Positions 10,456 to 20,328 of a stretch of 64,000 bases of DNA are shown one piece after another. Positions within the stretch are counted from its first letter, which is position 1, and the number at the start of each line of letters is the position of its first letter. The notes below the pieces were generated by a model that searched no databases, had not been told where the DNA came from, and worked only from the letters and a program-made list of their open reading frames with translations. Both the position numbers and the translations under genes were made by a program. Origin of the DNA: an uncultured Gemmatimonadales bacterium (GTDB lineage Bacteria > Gemmatimonadota > Gemmatimonadetes > Gemmatimonadales > GWC2-71-9); contig CAVUAK010000001.1 of the NCBI GenBank assembly GCA_963739455.1, positions 1,600,001 to 1,664,000 on the forward strand. Direction: 5' to 3'.

Positions 10456-12338
10456 TCAGTCGGCGTCGATGAACTGCCGGTGCCACAGCTCCAGGTTCAG
10501 GAGCCCCCACAGGCGACGGCCGAAGGCCGCCTCCTTGCCTAGCAACTGCTGTACCTCGGCCGGGTCGAAGATTCCCCGCTCCCGGCAGCGCTGCGACAGC
10601 AGCACGTCGTGGAAGAAGTCCCGCGCCCGGCCCTGGGCCCACAGGTGCAGCGGCACCGGGAAGCCCATCTTGTCCTTGCGCTCCAGGATCCGCGTCGGCA
10701 GCGTGTGCTGCACCGCGCGCTTGAGGATGTACTTCATCTCGCCGCCGCGGAACTTCATCGCCGGCGGCATGCTCGCCACCAGGTCCGCCATCCGGTAGTC
10801 GAGCATCGGCACCCGCGACTCGAGCGACACCGCCATGCTCACGCGGTCCTCCACCTGCAGCAGCGCCGGGAGGGTGGTCACCATGTCGAAGTGCGTCATC
10901 TTGTTGTAGTACGACGACGTCTCCGGGTGGTTGAACACCTCCTGGAACCGCTCGAACTGCGCCTCGGGCTGGTAGCCTGCCCGGAAGTCCTCGCTCAGCA
11001 GGTCCAGCGCGCCACCGCTCCGGTCGATCAGCCGGAAGTAGCGCCGGTCCATCGGCGAGAACAGCTCATCGTTCCAGAACTGCTTCAGCATCGGCACGTA
11101 CTGCTTGAGCGCCGCCAGGTTGGGCACGATCGAGCGGAGCGAGACGATGTGCTCCTGCTCTTCGTTCGTCTCGAAGATCGCGCCCTTGAGCGCCTGCTCG
11201 AGGTACGCCACCAGGTAGCGCGCGTAGCCGCCGAAGATCTCATCGCCGCCCTGGCCGCCCAGGCACACCTTCACCTGCTTCTGCGCCATCCGCGAGACGA
11301 TGTACTGCGGAAACAGGCCCGGCCCCGCCACCGGCTCGTCCATGTGGTAGACGAGCTTCGGCAGCAGGTCGACGAACTCCTGCTCGGTCGGGAAGATCTC
11401 GTGCGACTCGGCGCCGCAGGCGCGGCCACCTCGCGCGCATAGTCGAGCTCGTCGAACTCCGGCCCTTCCTCGAACGCGCCCGAGAAGGTGTGCAGCTTGC
11501 CGCCGACATGCGGGGCGGCCAGCATCGTCACCAGGCTCGAGTCCATGCCGCCGCTCAGGTAGCAGCCCACCGGCACGTCGCTGCGCATCTGCAGCCGCAC
11601 CGCGTCGGTGAGCAGCCGCCGGACCTCCTCCACGAAGTACTCCTCCGTGTGGTACGGGTCGAGCTGGAACGTCGGTTCCCAGTACTTCTCCGTTCGCACC
11701 TCGAGCGATGCCAGGTTCACCACCTGGTAGTGCCCCGGCAGCAGCTTGCGTACGCCCCGGAACAGCGTCGCATCGCCCAGCACGAACTGGAAGGTCAGGT
11801 AGTCGTGCAGCGCCTCGGTGTGCGGGGCTCGCATCGCCTCCGGATGCCGCAGCAGCGCCTTGATCTCCGAGGCGTAGCATACCTGCCCCGCGATCTCGGC
11901 GTAGTACAGCGGCTTGACCCCGAAGTGATCGCGCGCCGCCAGCACCGTGCCCCGTTCCCGGTCGTACAGCAGGAACGCGAACATGCCGTTGAGCAGCTCG
12001 ACGCAGCCCTCGCCATGCTCGGCGTAGAGCCGCAGGATCACTTCGGTGTCCGACTGCGTCCTGAACTCGTGGCCCTGTCGACGCAGCTCGTCGCGCAGTT
12101 CCACGTAGTTGTAGATCTCGCCGTTGAACACGATCGTCAGCGGCCCGCTCGTCATCGGCTGCTGGCCGGTGGCGAGGTCGATGATCGCCAGCCGCTTGTG
12201 GTGGAAGCCCACCCGGTCGTCGATCTGCTGGCCCTCGCCGTCCGGTCCGCGATGCTGGATCGTGTGCGCCATCGCGCCCAGGATCTCCGCGTCCACCGGC
12301 TGCGCCGGGCGCGTCAGGATCCCCACGAATCCGCACAT
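10456..12338 (-). CDS. asnB: Asparagine synthase (glutamine-hydrolysing)-like amidotransferase, one frameshift near 11420
   Basis: MCGF start, RGPD, FNGEIYN, LSGGMDSS, GQGGDEIFGGY, DRVSMAVSLESRVP, KMGFPVP. Confidence 0.92.
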
Positions 12339-12341
12339 GCG

Positions 12342-13314
12342 CTAGGCCGCCACGGCCGGCGCGCGGAGCGCCAGGCCCTTCCGGTCCATCAGGGCGCGCG
12401 CATGGGTGCTCATGTTCACCAGTTCGAAGTGCTCACCGAGCACCTTCAGCACCCGCTCGAAGAGCTCGATCTTCTTGCTGCTCTTCACGTCCATGCCCGG
12501 GAAGAAGGCGAGGGCCGGAGCCTCTTCGCCGCCGAGCAGGTCGAGCGGGTGAAGCAGGAACGAAGGCTCGAGTCCGGTGGCGCGGCACATGGTCACCGCC
12601 GTGCGGAGGTACGCCGCCATCGCCACTTCCGAGTAGCGCGCCAGGTAGAGCAGGTAGCTGAAGTGGAATGGCACCTTGAACACCGGCATCGTGGTCACCG
12701 GGATCTCGAGCAGCGTCTTGCCGCCATCCAGGTTCCAGTGATACGGCTTGTTCGGGCGGAACCCCTCGCTCAGTGAACCGAAGAGGTAGCTGCGCTTCTC
12801 CCGCTCTTCCTTCGACAGCTTCGCGGTCCAGAAGTAGTAGGCGCGCGCCAGCGGTCCGAGGAAGGTGGGGAAGGTCGAGGCGTCGTACAGATACCCTCGA
12901 CGCGAGAGCACGCGCAGCAGTTCCGGGCTCCAGCTGAAGCCCGGTCCGCGGAACCCGAGGGGTCGCTGCCCAGTCGCCGCCTGGATCGCCGAGCTCGGCG
13001 CCGGTGATTTCCTTCTCGAGCTGGTCCGGCGCGTACAGGTGCAGCCACGGCTCGTGCTCGTAGGAGTGGTTGCCCACCTCGTGCCCCGCCGTCACGAACG
13101 CGCGCAGCGCCGGGATGTTCTCCTCCCGCGCCGCATCAACGCCCACGATGAAGAACGTGATCTTGATGCCAAGGCGCTCGAGCGACTCGAGCACGATGGG
13201 CGAGAACGTCGGGAGGTACGTCGGGCGGCTTTCCCAGCCGGCGTCCCCGTGCGTCTTCATGTACGACCAGAGGTTGTCGACGTCGAGCGAGACGCTTGCT
13301 AGCGGACGGCTCAT
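12342..13314 (-). CDS. Polysaccharide deacetylase (CE4), frameshifted near 12960-13010
   Basis: SLDVDN, ITFFIVG, HEVGNHSYEH, GFRGPG, YLYDAS, LLHPLD. Confidence 0.85.
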
Positions 13315-14665
13315 GCAGCCCCCGTGGCGGCCAGTACGGCGGCTCGCTTGCGCGCAGGCGCGTGAGAAGCTGGGCCGCCTGGCTGTTGGCGAGGCCGATG
13401 GTCTCGTTCACGTTGAGCGTCCCGTTCGCGATCTGCGCCGAGTTGACGATGGAGACCGCCGGCAGGGACGTCGCAAGGGCCGGAAGTCGCTCCGCCGTGT
13501 AGTTGAGCGTTGATACTGCGAGCACTTCCCTCACACGCGACACCTGGAACGCGAGCACCTGGTCGCGCTTGAACGCGGGATACATCCGCTCCAGCGCCGC
13601 GAGGAACAGTTCACGGATTTCGTCGTCGGTCTTGCTCCAGAAGGTGTCGTCCTGTGCCAGGTACCGCGGCAGGTACACCAGGCTCCGGCCGCCGAACCGT
13701 TCCTTGTCCACCAGCGTCGTCATTTCGATCACGCCAGTGAATGGAACCCAGTCGTCAGTGAGGTTGGTGACGTAGTAGTCCGCCAGGGGTCGCTCCAGCA
13801 GCAGCGACGCGCAGGCGATTCCCTGATATACCACGCCATTCAGTCGCTCGCTCTCGGCGGCGCTCAGCTGGGGCGCCAGCTTGGCCACCCGCCCGCACGG
13901 TACCGTGAGCACTACATGATCGAAGGTACGACTTGTCCCGTTGGCGAACTGTACCTCGGCGCCGTGATCCAGTTGCTTCACTTCGGCCACCGGGTGGTCT
14001 GTCAGGGTCTCGACGCCCAGCGCATCGAGGTGCTTCTGGAAGCGGTCCAGCACCAGCGTATATCCGCCGTCCACATAGCCGAACCGTTCCACCTTGAGGC
14101 CGGACCGGCGGGCGGCATACATCCGCTGGATGATTGCCCAGATGAACGACGCACTCGCGAGGCGGTAGTTCTCTCCCAGCTTCGACCGCAGCAGCGGCAA
14201 CCACATCTTCTGGAACACCCGCTTCCCCGAGAGCTTCTCGAGCCACGTCGCCACCGGAACCTCTTCGAGCGCGCGCCAGTCGGTCACGCGTGAAGCGTAG
14301 AGGATGGTGCCAGCCAGTCGCGCCTTGTCGATGAGGGACAGCGGGGGGAACATGGCGAAGTCGAGGCTCGTGGAAAGCGAATAGAGCTTGCCGTCAGTAT
14401 AGAAACCGGTGCGCGTGGTGCCCCATCGCAGCCGGTCGGCGAGCTCGAGATCCTCGAGTAACGCGCGAAGGTTCAGGTCGGAGAGGAGGATGACGTGGTA
14501 GAACCGGTCCCAGGTGTACTCCCCGTGACGCGCGGCGCTCGCCAGCCCACCGGTGGTCGGTGCCGCCTCGATGAGCGTGGCATTGCAGCCAGCCTCCTTG
14601 AGCCGCTTGGCCAGGGTCATGCCGAGCATGCCGCCACCAACGATGCCGATGCTAGGAGTGGACAC
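13311..14665 (-). CDS. NAD(P)/FAD-dependent oxidoreductase (protoporphyrinogen/amine oxidase-like)
   Basis: IGIVGGGMLG dinucleotide fold, EAAPTTGGLA, WDRFYHVI; GTG at 14665; end placed at the TGA overlapping the next ATG, which requires one terminal indel. Confidence 0.8.
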
Positions 14666-14669
14666 GCGT

Positions 14670-16453
14670 CGGCGGGACAGGGGAGGGAATTGCCGTCCGT
14701 GGCGCAGGTGCCGGGGTGGCACCGCGGGTCCTGAGAGGCGCACGACCATCAGCTTGCGCAGCAGGCCAAGCTGGCCCACGATCGTCTTGAGCACCTTCAT
14801 CTTTGAGCGGCCCAGCATGCGCACCTCGAGCCGCGTCGGGTATTCGACGATGCGGGAGCCGGACAGGTCGAGCCGCCCGATGAACTCCGCGACGCCGAGG
14901 AATCCTCGCTCATTGATCGGGATCTTGATCGCGGCGCTGCGGCGATACACCCGGAAGCAGCTGGTGTAGGTGTGGAGGTTGTTGTGCAGCACATGCCGGT
15001 AGAGTCCCGAGAGCGACCGCGACAGGAACAGCCGCCAGGCCGCCACGTTGAGCACGCCGCCGTCCGGGTGATACGGCGAGGCGGTCACCAGGTCCACGTC
15101 ATCGGTAAGCAGCGGCATCATGCCGGCAAGCTCGTGCGGGTCATAGCTGCAGTCCGCGTCGATCGAGGCAGACGATCTCGGTGTCGGCCTGCCTTGATCC
15201 CGGTCATGATGGCAGCAGCGACACCGCCATTTACCTCGTGCCGCACCACCTTGCAGTTGCTCCTGGCCGCCGAACGTCTTCTGGAGGCCCGCGAAGGTGC
15301 CGTCGGTGCTGCAGTCGTCCACGAACACGAACCGCAAGTCGAATCGAGTCCCCCAGTCGCTTCTCCACCGACTGCAGCGTGTTCCGCAGGTACGCGAGGC
15401 CGTTCTCCTCGTTGAAGCAGGGAACCACCAGCGTCACCGGGATCGGGGCGGGGATATCCACGCCAAGCTGGAGCTGTTGCGGCGTGGCGAGGCGCGATGG
15501 CGCCGGGGTGCGAACCCGGACATTGGCCAGGTGTCGCTGATACCTCCGGCGCCATCCGGAGCCAGTCTACTACGCTGGTGAAGCGGTAGGCTGAGAGCGT
15601 CTCCTGCAGCAGGCCGTACATCTTGTCGAGGTTGCGATACTGGCGCACCCGTTGCAGGAAAGGTGCGGCCTCGATCCGCGGCTGGTCCGGGTCGATCTCC
15701 CACACATTGAAGTACGTCACCAGTGGCACAGCGAGATGCGACGCCCACCGCTTCAGTTCGTGCCGCACCAACGGGCGGGGGAATTGACGCAGGAAATTTC
15801 CGCCCAGCGGAAGCCGATAGCCCGCTAGGCTGAACGAGGAGATGGGAAGCACCCACAGGTCGCGATCACCCACCGCTCGGCGATGTGTAAACAACAGGTC
15901 GGGACGATCCTTGGCCCGCCGCATCCACGGGACAGAAGCTGGAGTCGTACTGGTAGCCCGCCTCGGCGATCAGGTCCAGTATCCACAGATGATCCGGATT
16001 GTTCCAGACTTCCCCTGCGCGGAAGCCGCGTACTGTCTGGCGCGTGGCCTTCTCCACCACTTCCTTCGACCGCGCGAGATCGATAGCGAGTTCTTCCGGC
16101 GTGAGCTGTGAGATGTCTCGTGGATACATCCCGCGGCTGCCCACCTCGTGCCCCCGCTCCACGATCTTCCGCACCAGCTCCGGCATGCTCTCCGCCAGGT
16201 TGCCGAATACGAAGAAAGTTGCCTTCGACTTTGTCTCGTCCAGAAGGTCGAGCGTGAGGTTGGTGTTGCGCTCCAGCCGGTTCTCAAAGCGATACCACTG
16301 ACCGGCGTGGATCAGCCGGTTGAATGCCTTGACGTGGTAGTAGTCCTCCAGCGTCACCGTCAGCACATGCCGTGGTGAGACACCGCCGCCCCGCTTCATT
16401 GAGCGCCGCTCGACACTCGATGAGGGGGCCGACTGGCTGGGCAGCTGCGTCAC
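14670..16453 (-). CDS. Polysaccharide deacetylase/DUF3473 domain fused to GT2 glycosyltransferase, multiple indels; 3' end approximate
   Basis: LTVTLEDYYH, ATFFVFG, YQYDSS, LGGNFLRQFP, WEIDPDQPR, then TLVVPCFNEE, FVDDCSTD, IDADCSYDP in successive frames. Confidence 0.72.
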
Positions 16454-16510
16454 GCAGGGATCCGGTTTGGCGTGGTGCGGAAAAAGGAACTGGGACAGCG
16501 CCCTAGCAGG

Positions 16511-16526
16511 AGCAAGCCGGAGGCCA
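16511..16526 (-). promoter_or_regulatory. Sigma-54 (-24/-12) promoter for the 16453->2405 operon
   Basis: Minus strand TGGCCTC-CGGC-TTGCT matches TGGCACG-N4-TTGCW spacing, 58 nt upstream of start. Confidence 0.7.
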
Positions 16527-16688
16527 GCCCCAGGCCAGAACGTGCCGGGACAAATGCCTGCTCAGTGAACTGACGTTGAATCGTAAGCGTATGTCCTGTA
16601 TCACTTTCACAGCGATGGCGGCACATCCAGCGCGCCCTGGCTGGCCGACACCTGCCAATGGTTGCACTCGTCCCACAGGCAGCCGCCC

Positions 16689-17330
16689 TTAGGCTGGCAA
16701 TACGCCGTTCAGCGAGGGGACCAGCCGCCTTACCGCCTCGTCGGCCAGTCTATCCGCTGCGGCGTCTCCGGAGGCGTCTCCCAGCGGCACGACGATACGT
16801 ACCATCGCCTCCTCCGTACGCGCCTTGAGCGCCGCGTCCCTCAGCAACTCCCACTTCACCTGGTATTCACTCGCTGCCACCCGCCCTCGCCCCTGATACC
16901 AGTAGTACACCAGTGCCCGCTGTCCTCCCTGTGCCAGCACATAGCGGTTCACCGGTACGCTCCCCCCATCCACTGTCACCTGCCTGACGTCGGCGGACAG
17001 CGGTTCCCACCCCGAACCCGGCAGGCAGTTCTTCGGTGAGTGGATTGTCTTTCCGTTCCGCTGGTGCGCGTAGTAACCCACATACACCGAGAATCCCGCG
17101 GCGCTGGACGAGTCGGTGAAGTAACGGAGCAGGTAGTCGCTCGCCCCGTTCGCGGCCAGCTCATCGGCAGCCAGCGCCCGGTCCTCCGACCCGTACGATC
17201 CCATTTCCGCGGGCAATGTCGAAAGCGGCTGTCGCAGCTCCATGCCGCTTGGATCGCGGATCCCGAGCACCAGGAGCGCTCCGGCGCCGAGCACCATGGC
17301 AGGGAGCCACGCCCGGCGCTCAACTGGCAT
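16689..17330 (-). CDS. epsI: EpsI family exosortase-associated protein
   Basis: VYVGYY, IHSPKNCLPGSGW, LVYYWYQGRGR, AMVRI; overlaps exosortase stop. Confidence 0.9.
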   Translation of the reverse strand: MPVERRAWLPAMVLGAGALLVLGIRDPSGMELRQPLSTLPAEMGSYGSEDRALAADELAANGASDYLLRYFTDSSSAAGFSVYVGYYAHQRNGKTIHSPKNCLPGSGWEPLSADVRQVTVDGGSVPVNRYVLAQGGQRALVYYWYQGRGRVAASEYQVKWELLRDAALKARTEEAMVRIVVPLGDASGDAAADRLADEAVRRLVPSLNGVLPA

Positions 17331-18204
17331 GAGCCCGCCTCGCTGCGAGCCTGGTTTCGAGGCCACGGGCCAGCCACGTTACCCCGCCCAGCACCGCCAG
17401 CGAGACAACAAACAGTAGCCACCCTTCGCTCAAGTGGAGGAACCCTTGTCCCATCTCCGGCGAGATGAAATACACGAAGAATCCCGTGAGGAATACCCGC
17501 ACTGCGTTGACCAGCACCGCCATCCCCACCGCCGCCACTATCAGCAGCACCCTCAGTACCCGGCTGTGTAGCCACAGCGCTCCCAGCAGGAGTCCAATGC
17601 TGAGCAGTGCCGTCAGCGACCTGAGCCCGCTGCACGCCTCGGTAACGAACAACTGGTGTCCTGGCAGCAGGATCACGTTGCCTGCCAGGCGCACCGGGAT
17701 CTGCCGCCACTCGAGTAACGCTGCCCCCATGCGAGAGGCCTGCAGCTGCAGTGGGAGGGCTAGCTGGTTGAGTATGATCGTCGGCAGGGGAACTGACAGG
17801 ATCAGGAGCGACGCCGGAAGCCACCAGCGCTTCAGCTGGCGCCATCCGAGGAAGAAGAGGGTCAGGCCGGCAAGCCCCCCCAGCATCGCCACCCGCTGGG
17901 AAAAGAGTTCCACGGCCAGGGCACCGGCGAAACGCAGCAGCACCGAACCCAGCAGGAACAACAAGCCCCACCACGGGGCGGGACGCGAAGTACGGTCGAT
18001 CCCGGCGCGGTACGCTAGCCAGAGCGCGAGCGGCACCAGCAGTAGCCCGTGCCCAGCATCGGGGTCGCTCCACCACTGCCGCACCAGGCCCGCCGCCGTC
18101 GGCGCGAACAGCACGCCGAACGCCCCCAGCGCCGCCCATAGCGGCAGCTTGAGGTCGCCGCCCGCGACGGCTACAACCGGGGTTGTCCGGGTTCCAGAAG
18201 TCAT
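17320..18204 (-). CDS. xrt: Exosortase (EpsH/Xrt family)
   Basis: WWSDPDAGHG, VTEACSGLRSL (catalytic Cys), NAVRV (Arg), FLHLSEGW (His). Confidence 0.93.
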   Translation of the reverse strand: MTSGTRTTPVVAVAGGDLKLPLWAALGAFGVLFAPTAAGLVRQWWSDPDAGHGLLLVPLALWLAYRAGIDRTSRPAPWWGLLFLLGSVLLRFAGALAVELFSQRVAMLGGLAGLTLFFLGWRQLKRWWLPASLLILSVPLPTIILNQLALPLQLQASRMGAALLEWRQIPVRLAGNVILLPGHQLFVTEACSGLRSLTALLSIGLLLGALWLHSRVLRVLLIVAAVGMAVLVNAVRVFLTGFFVYFISPEMGQGFLHLSEGWLLFVVSLAVLGGVTWLARGLETRLAARRAHAS

Positions 18205-18412
18205 GCGCGCCCTGGCTGCAATTGCGATACCCTCTTCGCTCTTCCGTTCCCGTCTACTGCACCACAAGCACACTGGTCTCCAAACCTACCCGACTCATGC
18301 GCACGCTGCGCGCTTCCACTGTGCCGCAGCTGCAGCGTGGCTTGGAAAAGAGGCGGCCCCTGGAGGGGGCCGCCAATGTGTTGCTGGGTCACACCCGCAC
18401 GGTCTGCTCGCG

Positions 18413-18721
18413 TCACCCGGTCTCTTGTTTCCGACGCCTTGCGGCCATGCCGATTCCAGCGAGGCCGGTACCCAGGAGTGCCATCGTCATGGGCTCCGGA
18501 GTCGTCGTGATCGGGCCGCCGTTTCCGATCGGGCTTGGGTTGACCGTTGGCCGCGGAAAGCGCCTGGTGGGAGTGTTCCTCATGATGCAGCCTAGCGTGT
18601 GGCAGTTTGGCAGCGGCTGAAGCCAGTGCTGCAGGCGATCCGGCAGCTGAGCCTCAGCGTCGGGGGAAGCCGCGACTGCAAGCAATGCGACCGCAAGAAG
18701 AACTCGGGCTTGGCGATTCAC
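18413..18721 (-). CDS. Small PEP-CTERM sorting-domain protein (102 aa)
   Basis: GGAG RBS then GTG; signal peptide ending AEA-Q; C-terminal TTTPEPMTMALLGTGLAGIGMAARRRK. Confidence 0.9.
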   Translation of the reverse strand: MNRQARVLLAVALLAVAASPDAEAQLPDRLQHWLQPLPNCHTLGCIMRNTPTRRFPRPTVNPSPIGNGGPITTTPEPMTMALLGTGLAGIGMAARRRKQETG

Positions 18722-18767
18722 TATTTGAACTCCGGGCAAGGGCCTGAATGTGACCACTCAAGCCTTA

Positions 18768-18784
18768 TTGCACCCGGCGCGCCA
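18768..18784 (-). promoter_or_regulatory. Sigma-54 promoter upstream of PEP-CTERM gene
   Basis: Minus strand TGGCGCG-CCGG-GTGCAA (GG-N10-GC). Confidence 0.7.
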
Positions 18785-19023
18785 CGCCGCAGATCACCGT
18801 GTAACGAGCGGCTTAACGCATTTAATTGCAGTGTATTAGGACGATCGTCCCATGTCCCGTTACAATGCGGATTTTCGGTCTATGCGAATAGGGCTCCAGC
18901 AGCCGCGGCCACTTCCTTTCCGCCGCCGCCTGCCCCGCCTCCTGAAGTCTCGTCCGTCCCGTCTCCTGACTATGTTGCACCACTAACACAGTTGTCACGG
19001 CACCCGGAGTCTAGCCCAGCCAC

Positions 19024-19650
19024 ATGACCTTCAAGCTCAAGCGCCTCATTCCCACCTCGCTGCGTCGCTGGCGCGAGGTGCTGGCGACCCTCAAGCCTGA
19101 GGAGCGCCGCGTGCTCATTCGAACCGCCATTGCCGCCACGCTCCGTCCGCGTCGCCGGGACTGGCGGGAGCTCGTGCGGAACGGCAGCAATTTCGTAATG
19201 GTTTGCCACGGCAACATCATCCGGAGTCCGCTCGCCGCGGCGGCACTTGCCCGCGAGGCCGCTTCGCGCCAACGAACTGCAACCCTGTCGAGCGCCGGCC
19301 TCTTCGCCCGGCCCGGCGAACCCGCGGATCCCCGCGCCCTCGAATCAGGCAGGGCGCGCGGGCTTCCCATCGAGGCCCATCGGTCTCGCCTGCTCGGCAC
19401 ACCCCAGGTGTGGTCGGCGGACGCCATCTTCGTCATGGACCACTACAACCTCGGTCGAATCATCTCGCGCTTTCCGGAGGCAGCCGAACGGGTCTTCCTC
19501 CTGGGCGGCTGCCAGCCCGATGGGCGCATGACACTTACCGAGATCTACGACCCCGTCTCTGGTTCGCTCGCCGACGTTGAGCTTGCGCACGATCAGGCCA
19601 TCGCCGCCGTGCGCATTCTTGCCGAGGCATGGGACACCTCGCCAGCGTGA
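19024..19650 (+). CDS. Low-molecular-weight protein-tyrosine phosphatase-like (Wzb-like)
   Basis: VCHGNIIRSP P-loop, SSAG, ADAIFVMD, EIYDP. Confidence 0.8.
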   Translation: MTFKLKRLIPTSLRRWREVLATLKPEERRVLIRTAIAATLRPRRRDWRELVRNGSNFVMVCHGNIIRSPLAAAALAREAASRQRTATLSSAGLFARPGEPADPRALESGRARGLPIEAHRSRLLGTPQVWSADAIFVMDHYNLGRIISRFPEAAERVFLLGGCQPDGRMTLTEIYDPVSGSLADVELAHDQAIAAVRILAEAWDTSPA

Positions 19651-20309
19651 CGGGGAGCGGGCTGGAATCGCTCTTTCCCGCGGGCGTCGTGGTCGAGGTT
19701 GCGACCGCCGCCGATGAGGACGAGCGTCTCCTGTTTGAAGCCGAACTCGCCCTGATGGGCAGCATGATTCCAGCCCGCCGTCGTGAGTTCGCCTCGGGTC
19801 GGAACACCGCCCGCCGCGCCCTCGCCCAACTTGGCATTCCCCCCTCGCCCCTGCTTCGCCAAGGCACGGGCCGCGACATCGCCTGGCCCGCCGGTCTCAT
19901 CGGGAGCATCAGCCACACCCGCGGCCTCTGCGCCGTCGCCTGCGCCCGCATCTCAAGCCAGCTGCAGTCGCTCGGCCTCGACGTCGAACAGCCCGGCCTG
20001 CTGGGCGACGATATCGTGCCCACAGTCTGCCGCTCCGATGAGCTCCAGATGCTCGCCGCCTTTCCGCAGCCCTGGCCATCCGACTGGCCCCGCCTGCTCT
20101 TTGTCATGAAGGAGGCGGCGTACAAGGCGTGGTATCCCGTCACCCGTCGGGAAATCTCGTTTCAGGAAATGCGCGTCACCATCGATGTCGCGGAGCGGAG
20201 TTGTGTGGCCGAAGTGGATGGAAATGTCGCAGCCGGCCTGAAGATCAACGGCCGATTCGGGTGGGAAGAACATCTTGTCTATGCGGGAGCGGTACTGACG
20301 CGGCACTGA
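19629..20309 (+). CDS. 4'-phosphopantetheinyl transferase (EntD/Npt type)
   Basis: RRREFASGR, WPAGLIGSISHT, LGLDVE, KEAAYKAW. Confidence 0.92.
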   Translation: MGHLASVTGSGLESLFPAGVVVEVATAADEDERLLFEAELALMGSMIPARRREFASGRNTARRALAQLGIPPSPLLRQGTGRDIAWPAGLIGSISHTRGLCAVACARISSQLQSLGLDVEQPGLLGDDIVPTVCRSDELQMLAAFPQPWPSDWPRLLFVMKEAAYKAWYPVTRREISFQEMRVTIDVAERSCVAEVDGNVAAGLKINGRFGWEEHLVYAGAVLTRH

Positions 20310-20328
20310 CGAGCTGGGTCCCCGATTG

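Noticed and set aside
13136..15337. 733-aa ORF looking like a GT2-flavoprotein fusion
   Set aside because: The junction and both ends read as out-of-frame sequence; the flavoprotein has its own GTG and an ATGA overlap with the next gene, so this is probably an indel artefact
18905..18970. Short C-rich repeat (cccgcctcctga / cccgtctcctga)
   Set aside because: Two short imperfect copies in low-complexity sequence; too weak to interpret
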